Part shown: positions 35,117 through 38,364 of the stretch, piece by piece
How positions within the stretch are numbered: the stretch's first letter is position 1
Layout: every line of letters begins with the position of its first letter
Translations under genes and position numbers: made by a program
NCBI RefSeq assembly: GCF_004010195.1
Contig: NC_057719.1
Location: 91,760,954 to 91,799,317 of the forward strand
From: Chiloscyllium plagiosum
Taxonomy: Eukaryota
DNA length: 38,364 nucleotides
Reading direction: 5' to 3'
Notes under the pieces: generated by a model
Seen by the model: only the letters and a program-made list of their open reading frames with translations
Told to the model about the DNA's origin: nothing
The model's database searches: none

Positions 35117-36090
35117 GATTGTGGTCAGTTATCGCAGCTCCAGGGCATCTCTGCAGGAGCTCCTCTGGGTAGTGTCCTAGGCACATCTTCAGCTGCTTCA
35201 TCTCCTTCCCTCCATCATAAGGTCTGAAGTGGGAATGTTTGACAATGATTGTGCAATGTTCAGCACCATTCATGACTCCTCAGATATTGATGCAGTCTGT
35301 GTTCAAATCCAGCAAGATCTGGGTTGACAAGTGTCAAGTAACATTCACATCAGACAAGTACCAGTCAGTGACCATCTCCGATAAGAGACAATCAAACCAC
35401 ACATCCTTCACATTCAATGGCGATACCATCACTTCACACAAATCCTGGGGGTTACCATTGACTGGAAACTGAACTTGACTTAACATATAAATAATGTGGT
35501 TACAACAGCAGATCAGAACTCGGAATGCTGCAGTGAGTAACTCTCCTCCTGACTCCTCAAAGCCTGTCTACCATCTACAAGGAACAAGTCAGGAATGATG
35601 AGTGCATCTCCAACAATACTTAGGAAGCTTAACACCATCCAAGACACAGCAGCCCACTTGATTGGCATCATATCCCAAAATATCCACCCCTTCCACTACT
35701 GATGCTCAGTGGTAGCAGGTGTACCATCTCCAAGATGCGCGATAAAAAAAATTCACCAGAGATCCTTCTACAACACCTTCCAAACCCGATACCACCTCTA
35801 TCTATAAGGATAAGGGTAACGGATACATGGAAACACCAGCACCTTAAAGTTCCTCTCCAAGGCACTCACTATCCTGACTTGGAAACATATTTCTTTTTCT
35901 CAGTGTTGCTGGGTCAAAATCCTGAAATTCCCCATTAAAACAACACTACGGGCAAACCCCACAGCATGTGGACTGCAGTGGTTCAAGAAGATAGCTCACT
36001 ACCACCAGTTCTCAAGGGCAACTGGGGACAAGCAATAATGCTGGCCAGCTAACGACACCCACATCCCACATCCCACAAATTATTAAAAAC
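35117..36090 (+). mobile_element. Second, 5'-truncated copy of the same LINE family
   Basis: Diverged homolog of 34140-35116 ending in the same tail. Confidence 0.82.
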
Positions 36091-36285
36091 AAACTCCAGA
36101 CACTGTGAGATCATGTATAAATAACGACCAAAACGAGTGAGTGGTGAAAATAGCCTTTTATTCAGCAACCACAGCTGAATAGGTGGCAATAGAATCCCAA
36201 AATACAATTCTTACAGGAGCCCTTTTATACACAGTTCTAACATATATTAAAATCCCATTACTATGGTGTTACTTTTTTATCTAAT

Positions 36286-36572
36286 GTAGATTAGATTCCC
36301 TATTGTATGGAAACAGGCCCTTCAGCCCAACAAGTCCACACCGACTCTCCGAAGAGTAACCCACCCAGACCCATTTCCCTCTGACTAATGCACCAATGGG
36401 GCAATTTAGCCTGGCCAATTCACCTGACCTGCACATCTTTGGGCTGTGGGAGAAAACCAGAGCACCCGGAGGAAACCCACGCAGACACAAGGAGAATGTG
36501 CAAACTCCACACAGACAGTCGCCAGAGGCTGGAATTGAACTCGGGTCCCTGGCTAACTAGTGAGCCACCGTG
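36286..36572 (-). mobile_element. HE1-type V-SINE
   Basis: V-domain and tail on minus; internal deletion in the head. Confidence 0.9.
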
Positions 36573-36873
36573 CTTTTGTCCTGGAAGACAGGAGATGGAT
36601 TAAAACATATGCTAAGTGCTGGCTGTTACTTCTGATGGGATTAAGGGTGTCAGTCCGGTTTGCTTGCGTAATCAAGAGATGTCAGTTCTTTTATCTTATA
36701 AATTAGTAATATTACTAAAATACTAGGCCAACATGCTCTAAATAAGTTAGAAATTATAATAAAAGAATAAAGGATATTGAATGGATTACTGCAGCTGGGT
36801 TGTGAGATTTATTTAGTATTTGCCAGTGTGAGTTTCTTTCATTCATACAATTTCATGCAAGCACTGTTTCATC

Positions 36874-37029
36874 GTGATTTGGAGATGCCAGTTTTGGACT
36901 GGGGTGTACAAAGTTAAAAATCATACCACACCAGGTTAGAGTCCAACAGGTTTAATTGGAAGCCGAAAGCTAATGTGCTTCCAATTAAACCTGTTGGCCA
37001 ATAACCTGGTGTTGTGTGATTTTTAATGC
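36874..37029. mobile_element. Fold-back PLE-terminus insertion (family B)
   Basis: Tail and inverted arms joined at CCGAAAGCTA (3' half of the hammerhead); TSD CTGTTTCATC 36864-36873 / 37030-37039. Confidence 0.87.
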
Positions 37030-37459
37030 TGTTTCATCAGTTAGTTTCTTAAAGAGATAATGGCCCAGTTAGAGGTATTTAACAGATACCTAATCTATTC
37101 AAGCCCAGGGGATGGTTGGTATGGGCTGATTAATATTACAATGTTTCGTGGAGACTTGATGGGGATGGTATTGTTCTGAGTGTTGAGATAAAATCTGCTT
37201 GCAATACAGTAATAGGTTTGAAAGGGTTTTTTTAAAATTTGGATACTACAGAACTGCGGTTTTATGAGTGAATGCATGAAACAGTGTTATAGTCAATAGC
37301 GGGTTAGTAAAGGGTTATGAATGAATGAACAGGAACCCAGTATTAATGAATACAACGATCTGGTGAGTGAGTCAATAAAGATAGCCTATAACACAATATC
37401 TCACAACACTGATTTATTCTCTTATATCAGTTCAGTGACTCATGTTCCTTTTCAAATAA

Positions 37460-37672
37460 GGGAGTCAGTTAGCTCAGTTGGCTGGATGATTGATTTGTGA
37501 GACACAGGGACGCCAACAACACACAACAATTCCTGCACCAACTGAGGTTACAATGAAAGATTCTTCTTCTCAACCTCTCCCCTTATCTGAGGTGTGATGA
37601 CCTTCAGGTTAAACCATCACCAGTTGTCTTTCTGTCATGAGAGAGCAGCCCTGTAAGGACCATGGTGACTTG
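37460..37672 (+). mobile_element. tRNA-derived SINE (same family as 1993-2217)
   Basis: TAGCTCAGTTGG A-box; shared body CAACCTCTCCCCTT...GACCTTCAGGTTAAAC...ATGAGAGAG. Confidence 0.7.
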
Positions 37673-37688
37673 GCCTTATTTAAATGTA

Positions 37689-37906
37689 GGAGGAGAAAGT
37701 GAGGTCTGCAGATGCTGGAGATCAGAGCTGGAAATGTGTTGCTGGAAAAGCGCAGCAGGTCAGGCAGCATCCAGGGAATAGGAGAATCGACGTTTCGGGC
37801 ATAAGCCCTTCTTCAGGAAGAAGGGCTTATGCCCGAAACGTCGATTCTCCTGTTCCCTGGATGCTGCCTGACCTGCTGCGCTTTTCCAGCAACACATTTC
37901 CAGCTC
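37689..37906. mobile_element. Near-perfect fold-back PLE-terminus insertion (family A) with intact hammerhead core
   Basis: ~90-bp inverted arms centred near 37816; intact minus-strand core 37789-37816; plus-strand core lacks CT; ~33-bp one-sided tail; TSD CTTATTTAAATGTA 37675-37688 / 37906-37919. Confidence 0.92.
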
Positions 37907-38364
37907 TTATTTAAATGTAAGTGACAATAACATGGGAAGAGGGGAGTTACTCTATGCACAAACACAATCCAATTCACTCTTCATTGTTTCCAACAGAGTG
38001 GAACTTTGCATGAGGAGTCTGCACCTCTTTGTGGCACACTGCTTAAATCCCGTATTGCTCACAAGGATGTGCTTTTTAAACTCTTTCTGGACCTCAAACT
38101 AAAAGATAAACTAATCCTTGTCCTTCCTTGATTGGGTTATTTAAAATACATAATGCCACACTTTTAGGAGGAGTGAATTAACAGTGAACCAAAAAGAGGG
38201 CTTGTATTCTTACCTGTCAGGCAGGGAGGAAAGGGTTGTGTGAGGGAGCCGTGGTTTAATAAGGAATTGGAATCCCTTGTTAAATGGAAGAGGGCGGCCT
38301 ATGTAAAGATGAGGCGTGAAGGTTCAATTGGGGCGATTGAGAGTTATAAGGTAGCCAGGAAGGA

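Noticed and set aside
37689..37906. MITE or pre-miRNA interpretation of the hairpins
   Set aside because: Asymmetric tail, variable turn point, variable-length TSD and hammerhead core fit PLE termini better.
30453..38364. TMEM62 exon 7 (YLCGHLH motif)
   Set aside because: Not found by eye; it presumably lies beyond the window, so this is not evidence of pseudogenisation.

Overview
Repeat-rich vertebrate genomic DNA, almost certainly a shark (HE1/V-SINEs, CR1/HER1-type LINEs, Deu-type SINEs), with a 355-N gap at 9404-9758. The one firmly identifiable gene is TMEM62 (+ strand): exons 1-6 at 13872-30452 have canonical GT-AG junctions and join in frame, encoding the N-terminal hydrophobic segment and most of the calcineurin-like metallophosphoesterase domain. 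It starts from a CpG-rich promoter with ETS, GC-box and RFX X-box motifs. The rest is mostly decayed retroelements: an L1-clade 3' end, several CR1-type LINEs, four kinds of SINE and a Penelope-like (PLE) GIY-YIG remnant. Most interesting are about a dozen short PLE-terminus insertions from three families. They carry minimal hammerhead ribozyme cores (CTGANGA-A-stem II-GAAACGTC or GAAAGCTA), often form fold-back hairpins that turn at or near the ribozyme, and are often flanked by 10-34 bp target-site duplications (TSDs). One pair of perfect 61-bp inverted PLE termini (9061-9121 and 13179-13239) with a 13-bp TSD splits a CR1 LINE and brackets about 4 kb, including a CpG-rich promoter-like region and a signal-peptide-like first exon. 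This is either PLE-mediated capture of host DNA or a misassembly. All coordinates were read by eye, and repeat boundaries are approximate.
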